A stretch of 32,218 nt of DNA from Candidatus Berkelbacteria bacterium RIFCSPLOWO2_01_FULL_50_28 (GCA_001774395.1 MEZX01000002.1:29628-61845); one strand, 5' to 3'; positions 1 to 9,786 are shown, counted from the first letter of the stretch. Notes: a model not told the origin generated them from the letters alone. Translations and numbers: made by a program.

Positions 1-681
1 TTTGGCAATATGTCGTTTCGCTACGGTGAGTACGACGAGGTTCGAGTGAACCGGAAGAAGTTTTTTGACGCGTTATCCGTTCCGGAAGAAAACGCCGTTG
101 TTGCTCAACCGGAGCACGGTAAGACAGTAGTAGACGTTACAGAGGCCGATCGAGGCATGGGAATAGCCGTACCTGAAGACTCCTTGTTGTGCGACGTTCT
201 TGTGACAGCTAAACCTGATACTTTCCTGTTCATAGTAGTGGCGGACTGTATGGCGCTTTTATTTTTCGACCCTGTACGACAGGTGTGTGCTCTGGCTCAC
301 GCCGGTTGGCGCGGAGTAGAAGCCAAAGTGCCCCAGGTTACAGTGGCACATCTTCAGGAAAAGTACGGTTGTGACCCCAGGCACATCTTTGTTGGCATTT
401 CCCCCAGCCTCAAAGCCGATTCGGCCAAGTTCAAGGAGATGGAGCAGGCCAAACTGCCGGGTTGGGAGCCGTACGTATATAAGGAAGGGGAATTCTACCA
501 CGCCGATATCAGTCGTTACGCCTACGATCAGCTTGTTTCGGCTGGAATTCCCAAGGGAAACATCGAGCAATTGGATATCGATACCCGAGTAGACAAGCGC
601 TTTTTCTCCCATCGTCGAAGTGACGAAGAGGGGTTGCCTGAAGGGCGATTTGGAGTACTTGTTGGAATCAAGAGCTTCTGA
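1..681 (+). CDS. pgeF: YfiH/PgeF family (laccase-domain) protein, 5'-truncated by the window edge
   Basis: Motifs GNMS, QxxHG, ADC, HAGWRG and FFSHR. The frame is open from base 1 (FGNMSF), so the true start is probably upstream of the window. Confidence 0.9.
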   Translation, partial: FGNMSFRYGEYDEVRVNRKKFFDALSVPEENAVVAQPEHGKTVVDVTEADRGMGIAVPEDSLLCDVLVTAKPDTFLFIVVADCMALLFFDPVRQVCALAHAGWRGVEAKVPQVTVAHLQEKYGCDPRHIFVGISPSLKADSAKFKEMEQAKLPGWEPYVYKEGEFYHADISRYAYDQLVSAGIPKGNIEQLDIDTRVDKRFFSHRRSDEEGLPEGRFGVLVGIKSF

Positions 682-747
682 TTGTCACTCCATATCGACT
701 TACTATTTACTAGCCACCCGTTATCACCGTTCCCTTCACAACCCGCC

Positions 748-776
748 TTGACACCTCTCTAACTCCCTCATATATT
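748..776 (+). promoter_or_regulatory. sigma70-type promoter for the XRE gene, probably giving a leaderless mRNA
   Basis: TTGACA (748-753), 17 nt, TATATT (771-776). ATG at 784 is 7 nt downstream, with no SD. Confidence 0.7.
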
Positions 777-783
777 ATAATAT

Positions 784-1167
784 ATGAGACGGCTAAGTCG
801 TGATTTCAACCGAGAGAAGTTTCTGAAAGATCAAGAGGAAAAACGTTATATTACTGAAACTATCGGTGGACCGAAGAAAGCCTTCAACAAACGACGGCGA
901 TTAAACCCAGGCGCCCCGAAAATTCGTATACCCGAACCTGTTCTAGAGGCGATATGGTTCAAGGAGCTCTGTGGGGTTCTGGCTCACAAACGTCGCGAAA
1001 GAGGATTGTCACAGCTTGAACTGGCAAATATCGTCAAAACAACCCAGACAGCGATCTCCAGGCTTGAATGTGCCCGAGCAAACCCCACATCTGAATTTCT
1101 TGATCGAGTATATGAGGCGCTTAAACTGAATATTTCGTTCCACATCACCGATCACGTTAGCAAGTAG
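784..1167 (+). CDS. XRE-family helix-turn-helix regulator
   Basis: C-terminal RRERGLSQLELANIVKTTQTAISRLE...NPT is a canonical HTH_3 pattern. Confidence 0.85.
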   Translation: MRRLSRDFNREKFLKDQEEKRYITETIGGPKKAFNKRRRLNPGAPKIRIPEPVLEAIWFKELCGVLAHKRRERGLSQLELANIVKTTQTAISRLECARANPTSEFLDRVYEALKLNISFHITDHVSK

Positions 1168-1419
1168 ACCGCTATTTTCGTCACCATAAGTTAGAGGCAA
1201 GTATGAAATAACAATTTCCTGTGTTTAGCTATCGTATATATTATACACGACGGGACGTAGTCCCAAGTGAACGTCGCGGTTGTCGCTTAACAGCGACTAT
1301 AATATATGACGCAGCTAGGGGAGATAAACCATTTTCCTCGTTGTTTTTGAATGCTGTTCTTGAATGGATGTTTATCGATAAAGGCTGAAGCTCGTAATGT
1401 AAAATTGCCGCGTAATGTA

Positions 1420-1448
1420 TTGACATTTTGGATGACATATGCTACAAT
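1420..1448 (+). promoter_or_regulatory. Promoter for the collagen-repeat gene
   Basis: TTGACA (1420-1425), 17 nt, TACAAT (1443-1448) with extended -10 TG. CGTAATGTA is directly repeated just upstream (1393, 1411). Confidence 0.7.
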
Positions 1449-1543
1449 CCGGTCGTTAGTGTGAAGGACCAAGAAGTTATCACGCTACGCAATCGATTTA
1501 CAACACAAAACAAAGGCCGCCGAAAGCGGCCGAGGAGGATGGA

Positions 1544-2584
1544 ATGAGAATTTCCATTTTCGCGGCCCTGGTGGCCGCATTCGTCACTCTGTCGGGTCCG
1601 GCCTTCGGGCAGGTTCCCGACAACCCCGGACAGACCCCGCCCACGCAGGGCGAGGTCATCGCGGCGCCGACGGCGCCCCTGCCCGGCACGACCGTGGAAA
1701 TCGGCGCCCCGCCCGCGCAGGGCGAGACGGTTGTAACTCCCGGCCCCCAGGGTCCGCAAGGACTCCAGGGCGAAGCTGGACCGCAAGGTCCGGCCGGACA
1801 GCCGGGACGATCCGGCCGTGGCCCCTGGGGCAACGGCCTGGATCGACGAGTCGGTGCCATTGAGGGCCGGCTCGATCAGGTCCATCTAGGTGTGAAGGAC
1901 CTGAAGAGCCGAAACGCCGTCGCCCGTGGCTATGTCATCGGGCACGACGACCGGCTGAGAAAGGATTTGACCACGTCCCCGAACGGGGGCACGACCGCCG
2001 CGCAAGCGGCAGCGTCCGAAGGGACGCAGGAGGGAGGCATGAGCGCCTGGGCCTGGATCGTTATCGTCATCGGTTTTATCGCACTCGCCCTGACCATCGG
2101 TTGGTTCTGGGGCAATCTGGTTGACAGGAGAAGCCTCCGCAATCAGAACCACACCCCTACGGGCACGCTCGACCCCCACGCCGCCGGCCACTGGGACATG
2201 ACGGAGGAGTCGACGAAGGATCGTACCTATCGTCGAGCCCGACCGGAAACGGTTGTCCTGGCCGAGATGGACGCGGCCCGTGCCGCGGCCGACGCTCGGG
2301 TGGCGGAAGCTGCCGCATCGGCAGCTGCTCGTCGCGAGCTAATTGCCACGATCAACCAGCCCGTGCTGGTTGCGGGGTACTGCGTCGGCACCGTGCCGGC
2401 CGGCACTCCCATTCCGCCAGCAGCGCCAGCCGGACCGGCAGTTGTGGTGAACAACTACAACGCCCCGGCGGCGGCCGCGGCGCAGCCGGCCCGAGCGGCT
2501 GCTCCCCAGCAACCCGCCGCCGGACAGCAGCCGGCCGCAGGGGCTGCCCCCGCAAGGGCTAGGGCGCCCAGAGCTAACCCCTAG
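1544..2584 (+). CDS. Membrane-anchored protein with signal peptide, short collagen-like Gly-X-Y run and Ala/Pro-rich tail
   Basis: SD GAGGAGG; Sec signal (AFG-Q); GPQGPQGLQGEAGPQGPAGQPGRSG; TM WAWIVIVIGFIALALTIGWFW; strong GC3 bias. Confidence 0.8.
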   Translation: MRISIFAALVAAFVTLSGPAFGQVPDNPGQTPPTQGEVIAAPTAPLPGTTVEIGAPPAQGETVVTPGPQGPQGLQGEAGPQGPAGQPGRSGRGPWGNGLDRRVGAIEGRLDQVHLGVKDLKSRNAVARGYVIGHDDRLRKDLTTSPNGGTTAAQAAASEGTQEGGMSAWAWIVIVIGFIALALTIGWFWGNLVDRRSLRNQNHTPTGTLDPHAAGHWDMTEESTKDRTYRRARPETVVLAEMDAARAAADARVAEAAASAAARRELIATINQPVLVAGYCVGTVPAGTPIPPAAPAGPAVVVNNYNAPAAAAAQPARAAAPQQPAAGQQPAAGAAPARARAPRANP

Positions 2585-2594
2585 CTCACCCAAC

Positions 2595-2647
2595 GAGCCC
2601 GTTTCCAACGCAAGCAATCGCTTGCCGAGGAGACGGGCTCTCTTTTT
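2595..2647 (+). terminator. Intrinsic terminator
   Basis: GAGCCCGTTTCC...GGAGACGGGCTC stem followed by TCTTTTT. Confidence 0.75.
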
Positions 2648-2658
2648 ATACCCAAAAG

Positions 2659-5600
2659 TTAGATTACTTCAGTAATGTGAGGCAGTAAGTTCTCTGCCTC
2701 TTCATACAAAGTCACGCCGTTAAGACGGATAGTTGCCATAGTCCCTCCAACGTCTTCAACGCTAAACTCCGTCTCTGAAGTGAAATCCTCTGGTCGATCA
2801 TTTGCACCCCATTCACCTTCGGCAGTTTCTGAAGCATTGGCGATAATTTCAAGCGGATTGTCAAACTTTATCTTCTTCCCCTTTAAGTCCTCAAATTTTA
2901 AGAGCCCTAATCGCTCCAGATCAGTTTGCGGTTCGGCTTCCGGGCGGTCTGTGGCAGGCGTCGTTTCGGCTACAGGCTGAACCGCTTCCGGCACCGATGT
3001 TACGAACTCTGGTGGAATTTCGGGTTCTGCTGTCTCGTCAGGCGCGGGTGTGTCGATTACTGGAGGCCCGGCTGATGGTGTTTCAGCTACAGGTTCCGGA
3101 GCATCGGGAAGACTATCTCGCAACGCGTTCAAGTCCACGCCGCCACGAACGCGAGCACCCAGTGTGGTATCAAAGTTACCCCCGCGAGTAACGGCCGGAA
3201 TATCGGTCGGACGCTCAACGGGCGGCTCAGCAGTTTCCCTTATCTCCGCTACCGCTTCATCAATCTCATTTCCTACACCCCTATCCTTTTCCCGTTTCAT
3301 TCCAGGAAGCGGGCGGCGTGATCCGCTCTCAGCATCGCCAGGACCACGTTGCCCACGATCTGAACGTTTCGTACCCTTAATATCTACTGGTTCTGATCCG
3401 GCTTCGGCAGACTGCTCACCACCGACGGACGGAGTAGCTTCTGTCTCCGCAAGAACATGCGGTTTCAGTTCAACCCCATCATTGCGCTGTCTGATAGCCT
3501 CGTTTATCTCCCAGAGAAAATTACGAGCAAATTCGTTGACCCTTGTCGTCGACTTCTTCTCTTCCTCAACGACCCTCTCTCTCCCGGCTTTTTTCTGCCC
3601 TTCTGTGCCGTAGGAAATCGTGAAAGATGGTTCCCCGCCGTCTTTGGCGGGTGTCTCGCGCAGAACGTGCTCGTAGCCCTCGCGATCAACGAAACGCACA
3701 AATCTTTGCTCCGTCCCATCTGGCCGCGCCTCTGACCCGACTTCTGCACCAATCGTCTCCCAAACTTGCGGGTCGACGATACTGGCCAGCCCAGATAACC
3801 GTTTAACGTACTGGCTCGAGTCCCACTCTTTGTAATCACTGGGGAAATGGAGGGTCTCCATCCGAGCACGCCTGGGTTCGCTTTTCTTGGCTTCATTATC
3901 TTGGCCCTCCGAAGGAACGGCCGTGAATGTGAGAGGCTTGCCGGCGGTGGGCTGGCTTTGGACGTTCAGGCTTCCTCGCTTGTTGCGCTTATCGAGCTCG
4001 GACTCGTCGTACGAGCGGAAGAACTTAATTCCTTCAGGTGTTCGACCGGCAAGCTGGTAGCGCGGTTGCGGACCGCTTGTGTCGATACCACTTATAACCA
4101 TGGTTCCCTCTCCTACTTTGAATTCCTCGCCGTAACCGTATTTTGCCCCCTCAACATTTTTTGACGATTCCGGTTTCGGCGGTTTTCCTTCGTTCTCGGC
4201 AGTAGAGTCGGACGGCGATCCAGCCTCCCTATTTTCAAATGATGCTGGTGTTAGCCCTCTTCGATTGGCATCTCGCAATTTTTCGATTGGTACTTTCTTT
4301 GTGTCCCCTCCTTCTGGGCTCAAACACAGTGCACCGATCTCATCACCCTCTTTAAAGAATTTGATAATTTGCCAGCCCCTTTCAACGTGTTCATCACTCC
4401 TGCGCACGAAGACCTCGTCACCGACATTAAAATCTGGTGGCTGGTCGTCCGGACCTATTGGCTGAAGTTCGGGAAACTCACTTTCGGGAGGTAAGGCCGG
4501 TAATGGCTCGACCGGTGGACGTCCGTCTGTATCTTCGGGGTCTCCGCCTTCTGATCCACCTGGCCCGCCCGGACCTGGTGCGCCAGGAGTTATCACAACC
4601 GGCTGGAGAGGAGTGCCAGGCTCCTGTCGAATAATTGGCCTATACTGGCGCATAAAGTCGTCGATTCTCATTACATGAACAGGATAAGCGGCCGCTCCAG
4701 TCGCTGGATTTTTTTCATATTTCACCACGGCGATCTTATTGTTCTTGATATCGACCGCCGCCACGCCGACTTCAACGAAGGTTCCAGATGTTTTATCAAC
4801 AACCATGCCCTCGATTCTTTGTCCGTCGACATCGGCTTCGTTCAAAACCCAAGTTGGCACCTTCTCAAAATCAAACTCGTCTTTGGGAATCGTGTGAGGT
4901 TGCGCAGCCCAGTTATATTTATACCCTTCCGGGTTCTGGGGAATGAATACGCCGTTTTCTCGCCTCTCCCACGCCACTGTTTGCAGATACTGTTCGTTGG
5001 TATCAATCTGTTCGTTGATACCGCGAAACATTGCCTGGTCTCTTTCGGATTGAGCCACACGCTGCTCGGCTTCCTTACGCTGGGACTGACGGTAGCTCCA
5101 GCCTCCCAGCAATGACGAAGCAAGCACAACCGGCAGGCCACGTTCGAGCATTGTGGCAATTACTAGGTTGCTAGTTGTATCGACTGTTCGACCCAGGAAA
5201 TGGTTAAGCGTGTGACCGCCAAAACCCATAGCTTTATCGGCGTTTGTCCACAAAAAGTTGTAGCTGTTGCCGAATTGCTCAACGCCGTGGAAAACGCTCT
5301 GTCCCTCAACCTTGCCAAAAAGGTCCAAATCAACCGGATCGAAAGAGCCGGCGAGATTTTCAATGGCCGCATAAGCACCAACGCCGGCGATCTCACCGAC
5401 GGTCTGTAGAGCCCCACGAAGTCTGGCAAGCTTGGCTTCGCGCTGCTCGAGGGATTTCTCGGCTGTGTTAATTCGTTGCACAATCGCCGCTTCACCTTGT
5501 TTATAGTAGAGGTGGGTAATTTTATCTAAAATGTCATGGGCTCTGACGGGATCCTCTGCGCATAAGTGCTGATAATCATTGGCCAACTGCTGCATCTCTA

Positions 5601-6366
5601 GCCATTTCTCACTCTCAGCTATTAGAATTTCACGCCTAGCACCGCGCGTACCACCCTTTACGGCATCTTCGCCTTTGAAGATGTCGATCAGTTCGGCAGA
5701 CATTCTACCGATCGAGCCACCTGTCATAACCGCTCCAGCGGCCAAGCTAACTCCTCCTGTAATAAACCCCACGGCTGCTGTGGCAGCGACGCCAATAGCT
5801 GTCCGACGATTAAACAGCGACTTTGTGCCACTGGCTATAATGTCACGCCAAGCGTTATAGCGAATCTCTTCTCTTCTAACAAGAAGACCTGTTTCGGCGT
5901 TTACTTCTTCTCTCTGGCGAACTTCATAAACTGCGTCAGCGTCTAAAAGCCTCCGTATTGGGGCCAGAAAACCCCGACCGTGTTTTCTTTCCGACTCGAT
6001 TCTTTTCACTTCCGCAAAATCAAACTCTCTCAGAATCGCCACGAGCTCTTCGGGGGAGGCTTCTCGGTTTTCTCTCACAACTTGTTCTAGGCAGGTCAAA
6101 CGATCCAACTGACGTCGGTCAATTCGTTCTTCCAACTCCTCATGTTGGCGGGCCCCTACATCTTCTGCGCCGGCGACATACGGGTCAGCAGTATATTCAC
6201 CCGTTGGCTGGGCTTCTTTCTCTTCCTGGGTCTTTTCCCTTGGGTGAGGCTCAACGGGAGCAGGCCCAGCCACATCTGGTTGCCCCTCAGGAGTTGTTGG
6301 CTCAGGTACCTTCTCTTCAGCTTCTGGGGTTGGTGCTGATTCTGGACCTCCGCCGAACCACCTCAT
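2659..6366 (-). CDS. Large acidic hypothetical protein (1235 aa)
   Basis: Long ORF whose start overlaps the upstream stop (TAATG). Has a Gly/Ala-rich hydrophobic segment, coiled coils, Pro/Glu-rich linkers and small beta-rich modules (VGDEVFVRRSD..ERGW). Confidence 0.8.
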   Translation of the reverse strand: MRWFGGGPESAPTPEAEEKVPEPTTPEGQPDVAGPAPVEPHPREKTQEEKEAQPTGEYTADPYVAGAEDVGARQHEELEERIDRRQLDRLTCLEQVVRENREASPEELVAILREFDFAEVKRIESERKHGRGFLAPIRRLLDADAVYEVRQREEVNAETGLLVRREEIRYNAWRDIIASGTKSLFNRRTAIGVAATAAVGFITGGVSLAAGAVMTGGSIGRMSAELIDIFKGEDAVKGGTRGARREILIAESEKWLEMQQLANDYQHLCAEDPVRAHDILDKITHLYYKQGEAAIVQRINTAEKSLEQREAKLARLRGALQTVGEIAGVGAYAAIENLAGSFDPVDLDLFGKVEGQSVFHGVEQFGNSYNFLWTNADKAMGFGGHTLNHFLGRTVDTTSNLVIATMLERGLPVVLASSLLGGWSYRQSQRKEAEQRVAQSERDQAMFRGINEQIDTNEQYLQTVAWERRENGVFIPQNPEGYKYNWAAQPHTIPKDEFDFEKVPTWVLNEADVDGQRIEGMVVDKTSGTFVEVGVAAVDIKNNKIAVVKYEKNPATGAAAYPVHVMRIDDFMRQYRPIIRQEPGTPLQPVVITPGAPGPGGPGGSEGGDPEDTDGRPPVEPLPALPPESEFPELQPIGPDDQPPDFNVGDEVFVRRSDEHVERGWQIIKFFKEGDEIGALCLSPEGGDTKKVPIEKLRDANRRGLTPASFENREAGSPSDSTAENEGKPPKPESSKNVEGAKYGYGEEFKVGEGTMVISGIDTSGPQPRYQLAGRTPEGIKFFRSYDESELDKRNKRGSLNVQSQPTAGKPLTFTAVPSEGQDNEAKKSEPRRARMETLHFPSDYKEWDSSQYVKRLSGLASIVDPQVWETIGAEVGSEARPDGTEQRFVRFVDREGYEHVLRETPAKDGGEPSFTISYGTEGQKKAGRERVVEEEKKSTTRVNEFARNFLWEINEAIRQRNDGVELKPHVLAETEATPSVGGEQSAEAGSEPVDIKGTKRSDRGQRGPGDAESGSRRPLPGMKREKDRGVGNEIDEAVAEIRETAEPPVERPTDIPAVTRGGNFDTTLGARVRGGVDLNALRDSLPDAPEPVAETPSAGPPVIDTPAPDETAEPEIPPEFVTSVPEAVQPVAETTPATDRPEAEPQTDLERLGLLKFEDLKGKKIKFDNPLEIIANASETAEGEWGANDRPEDFTSETEFSVEDVGGTMATIRLNGVTLYEEAENLLPHITEVI

Positions 6367-6734
6367 TATCTTGCTTGGAAAAGCGTCACAAGCTGCGTTT
6401 TATAGAGTAACGCTTCTTCAGCAATGAATTTTGGCATATCAATCTCATTTGCCTTAAGAAGTTCAACAGCTTGTTCGGGATTTGTTTGACTTAAGGAGAT
6501 GAATTTTTCCATCTCTTCATCGGAAAGTAAATCGGCAACTCGTGCGATAACGCGGTTCTCGATGGTTTTCCCCATATTCTCGTATATCTGGGCCTTCTTC
6601 TCCTTAGTTAAGCCAGAAGCACCTATCAATTCAAGAATGTCTTTTTTGAGAACTTCCTCAACGTCCATCGGCGGCAACACCGAGCGCAACGGGAAGTGTG
6701 ACTCGTCTACCAAACTGTTATCATCATCTGCCAT
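6366..6734 (-). CDS. DUF5663-like small helical protein
   Basis: DILELIGASGL..EKKAQI..MGKTIENRV..RV.DLLSDEE resembles the CPR DUF5663 family; SD AAGGGGG. Confidence 0.65.
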   Translation of the reverse strand: MADDDNSLVDESHFPLRSVLPPMDVEEVLKKDILELIGASGLTKEKKAQIYENMGKTIENRVIARVADLLSDEEMEKFISLSQTNPEQAVELLKANEIDMPKFIAEEALLYKTQLVTLFQAR

Positions 6735-6785
6735 AAAACCCCCTTTGGCTCCATTTAGTCACAAAACTAGTTGGTTGACTAGAGG

Positions 6786-7907
6786 CTAATTCAAGTAGTC
6801 GCGTAGCTTCGAAGCTTCTTCGTGCTTCTTCATCTTCTGCAGGGCTTTTGCCTCAATTTGACGGATACGCTCGCGGGTAACACCGAACTCTTTGCCAACC
6901 TCTTCCAACGTGTGGGTGCGGCCGGAGGCGCCACCTTCATCTAAGCCAAAGCGCATGCGCAAAATTTTCTGTTCGCGCGGCGTCAAGATTGAAAGCGAAT
7001 CCTCAACGTGGCCCTTCATCAGCTGGTAAATGGCCTGCTCTTCCGGCGACATTGTTTGCTTGTCTTCGATGAATTCGCCAAGACTCGAATCGCCCTCTTC
7101 GCCCACCGGCGATTCAAGTGAGACGGTTTCTTGGCTAATACGCTGGATGTGTTCCAGCTTATCCATCTCGACACCAAGTTTCTTGGCCAGCTCTTCGTTC
7201 AACGGCTCACGGCCAAGCTCTTGCTGCAGCTCGCGCTGGGCGCGCATATAGCGGTTGATCGTTTCAACCATATGGACTGGGATACGGATCGTCCGGGCTT
7301 GGTCGGCAATGGCGCGGGTAATCGCCTGGCGAATCCACCAGGTAGCGTAGGTTGAAAACTTGAAGCCGCGTTTGTAGTCGAATTTCTCGACGGCACGTTG
7401 TAGCCCCAAGTTGCCCTCTTGAATTAAATCAAGCAGAGTTAGTCCGCGGCCGATGTATTTTTTGGCGATAGAAACCACTAAACGCAAGTTGGCCTCGGCC
7501 AGTTTGCGCTTGGCAGATTTGTCGCCACGCTCAATTCTTTTGGCAAGCCGCACTTCTTCTTCGCCTTTTAAGAGCGGGTACTGGCCGATCTCGCGCAGAT
7601 ACATTCGTACCGAATCTTCCGAAAGGCCAGTTAGGTCGTCGTCGCGCACGGTCTTTTTCTTGCCGTCGGGTTCCGGTGGGATTTCGAGTAGCGGCTTTGA
7701 ATCGCGGACTTCGACGCCAATTGACCCGAGGTATTTTAAGAACGAATCGATAAGCTCCAAATCGTTTTCCGGCTCGGTGTAAGTCTGCAGGATCTCTTTG
7801 TAGGTAACAAAACCATGAGTGCGGCCTTTGCGCACCAGGTGCATTAATTCCTCTGGAAAGCTTACGCCGGCGTCTTGTTTGAGTTTTTTTGGAACGGCTT
7901 TAGTCAT
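6786..7907 (-). CDS. rpoD: Primary sigma factor RpoD/SigA
   Basis: [69 protein letters not shown] 7907 is better spaced from the AGGAG SD than TTG 7913. Confidence 0.97.
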   Translation of the reverse strand: MTKAVPKKLKQDAGVSFPEELMHLVRKGRTHGFVTYKEILQTYTEPENDLELIDSFLKYLGSIGVEVRDSKPLLEIPPEPDGKKKTVRDDDLTGLSEDSVRMYLREIGQYPLLKGEEEVRLAKRIERGDKSAKRKLAEANLRLVVSIAKKYIGRGLTLLDLIQEGNLGLQRAVEKFDYKRGFKFSTYATWWIRQAITRAIADQARTIRIPVHMVETINRYMRAQRELQQELGREPLNEELAKKLGVEMDKLEHIQRISQETVSLESPVGEEGDSSLGEFIEDKQTMSPEEQAIYQLMKGHVEDSLSILTPREQKILRMRFGLDEGGASGRTHTLEEVGKEFGVTRERIRQIEAKALQKMKKHEEASKLRDYLN

Positions 7908-7929
7908 CGGCAAACTCCTTTGGAGTTTG

Positions 7930-8021
7930 TAATTTTCAATTTTAAATTATCAATTTTCAATAAATTTTTAATTACTAAATTTGAAATTGACTCGAAACTC
8001 GAAATTAGAAATTCAAAATTC
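7930..8021. repeat. AT-rich two-armed 7-nt-period repeat array
   Basis: taatttt caatttt aaattat caatttt caataaa ... taattac taaattt gaaattg ... gaaactc gaaatta gaaattc aaaattc. Confidence 0.8.
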
Positions 8022-9786
8022 ATCCTTGTTTCTCCTTTGCCAGTTTGCTTAGTTCGATCATCAACTTTTTTACCTGTTTGATATCGCCCGCCTCTTGCGA
8101 TGTTTTTATGCTACGAGCAAGAAGTTCTTTGCGATTTTCGTACTGCTTGGAAGAAAGACGGGCAATCTTTTCACCGATTAAATCCTCGGCGGTAACGTCA
8201 TCGAGCTCGCCCCATTGGGAGGTGAGCCACATCTGCCACGAGTCAATCTTCCCAGATATATCTGGGCCTGCATGATTTTTTACCTGGCTGGTGAGTTGGA
8301 CCGAGGAATTTTTCACCAAAGTTTTATCATTATACTCTCCTGTAATCGCTTCGGCAACCCTGTGGGCTGTCTCTGACTGCCAGACGATCTCGCGAAAGGC
8401 GGCAAAGTGCTTCAATAAGAGAGCTGGTTTGGCCATCAGGATGATCAGAAGCTGTTCCTCGCTCGTGAGCGGTTCCTCTTGATTAGCAGGATTGGGGACG
8501 GTGGTGGAGATCGGTTTAGCTTTGCCGATTGCAATTTGAATTGATTCCATCTTGAGGTCCAGTACGGTCGATAGCTTTTGGGTGTAGTGGTCGAGCCGAG
8601 TCGCCTCACTCACCAGAGCCAGAATTGGCAGGAGCGCTTTCAGCACTTTCTTCTTGTTTTCAATGAAACTAAGATTGCCCGATGCGGCAATCTCTTGGTC
8701 CAAGTGCCACTCGATGCTCTCCTTCGCACTCGTCGCCGCCTGACGCCAGGCGTCCGGGGTTTTCTCAAACATCTCGCCAGCGTCTTTGAACTCGCCAAAA
8801 TCAATAACTTTGCCGTTCAGGTCGCGGCGTAAGAGCATTTCAAGAACTTTTTTGGTGGTCGTGCGGCCGGCCTCGTCGTTATCAAAAGCCAGCAGGAAAT
8901 TGGGGGTGTATTTCGAAAGGATGTCGATCTGGGTGTCGGTAATCGCCGTGCCGGAGGAGGCGACTGCTTGGGTAATTCCGGCCTGGTGAAGCGCTAGAAC
9001 GTCCATCTGCCCTTCGACCAAAACGACGAAGTTGCGCTGTTTAATCGTGGCTTTGGCCGCGTGCAGGCCGTAAAGGACACGACTTTTGTTGAACAGCAAC
9101 GTTTCGGGAGAGTTTAGGTATTTTGGCTGAGATTCACCCACTTGTCCTGAGCGATTAGTCGAAGGGATCGCCCGGCCGGTAAAGCCGACGACATTGCCAA
9201 GCACATCGAAAATTGGAAACATTATCCGCTCAAAAAACTTCTCTGGGGAGCCGATCTTAGCCAAGTCAGCGATCGCTTGGCCGCGTTTTGCCACCAGATC
9301 TCTCAGCGGCAAGTTGCGCGGGGCAAAGCCAAGCCGCCAAGCTTTAATTGTTTCCGCGCTGACATTGCGTTTCGTCAGGTATGAGAGTGCCGATTTTCCC
9401 GCGGCGTTATCCACAAGTACTTTGTGAAACACCCGTGAGACAAAATCGTTCAGGCCGTAGAGCGTCTCTTTGTTGTCGCGAGTTTGGTATTCGGCGCGAG
9501 TACGGGGTTGCAAGGTCACGCCTGCTTTTTGGGCCAACAGCCGGAGCGCGTCGCCGAACTCCAAATGCTCGGTTTCCATAACGAACCGGTAGTGGTCGCC
9601 GCCTTTGCCGCACCCAAAACACTTCCAGATCTGTTTTTCCGGGCTGACCATCAACGAGGCCGTTTTCTCCTGGTGGAACGGGCAGGGAGCTTTGTAGTTA
9701 GCGCCGGCTTTTTTGAGCTGGACGTACGAGCCGATCAGTTCGACCAAGTCGAGACGTTGTTTAATGTCCTCAATTTCATTGGCCAT
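8020..9786 (-). CDS. dnaG: DNA primase
   Basis: CHC2 zinc finger CPFHQEKTAS..CFGC; KYLNSPET; TOPRIM VEGQMDV and FDNDEAG. Confidence 0.97.
   Translation of the reverse strand: MANEIEDIKQRLDLVELIGSYVQLKKAGANYKAPCPFHQEKTASLMVSPEKQIWKCFGCGKGGDHYRFVMETEHLEFGDALRLLAQKAGVTLQPRTRAEYQTRDNKETLYGLNDFVSRVFHKVLVDNAAGKSALSYLTKRNVSAETIKAWRLGFAPRNLPLRDLVAKRGQAIADLAKIGSPEKFFERIMFPIFDVLGNVVGFTGRAIPSTNRSGQVGESQPKYLNSPETLLFNKSRVLYGLHAAKATIKQRNFVVLVEGQMDVLALHQAGITQAVASSGTAITDTQIDILSKYTPNFLLAFDNDEAGRTTTKKVLEMLLRRDLNGKVIDFGEFKDAGEMFEKTPDAWRQAATSAKESIEWHLDQEIAASGNLSFIENKKKVLKALLPILALVSEATRLDHYTQKLSTVLDLKMESIQIAIGKAKPISTTVPNPANQEEPLTSEEQLLIILMAKPALLLKHFAAFREIVWQSETAHRVAEAITGEYNDKTLVKNSSVQLTSQVKNHAGPDISGKIDSWQMWLTSQWGELDDVTAEDLIGEKIARLSSKQYENRKELLARSIKTSQEAGDIKQVKKLMIELSKLAKEKQG
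9141..9166. repeat. Short REP-like element inserted in frame in dnaG
   Basis: CTTGTCCTGAGCGATTAGTCGAAGGG encodes PSTNRSGQ, which lengthens the usually short GR..PKY loop. Confidence 0.5.

Noticed and set aside
784-1167. XRE gene as the antitoxin of a TA pair
   Set aside because: No adjacent toxin ORF is recognisable.
776-1319. TATAATATATGA repeated at 776 and 1298, as a possible second XRE-like start
   Set aside because: Only 12 AT-rich bases, and the downstream ORF stops after 14 codons.
6918-6942. Extra GGAS residues in RpoD region 4 as another mini-insertion
   Set aside because: Too short, and this loop varies naturally.
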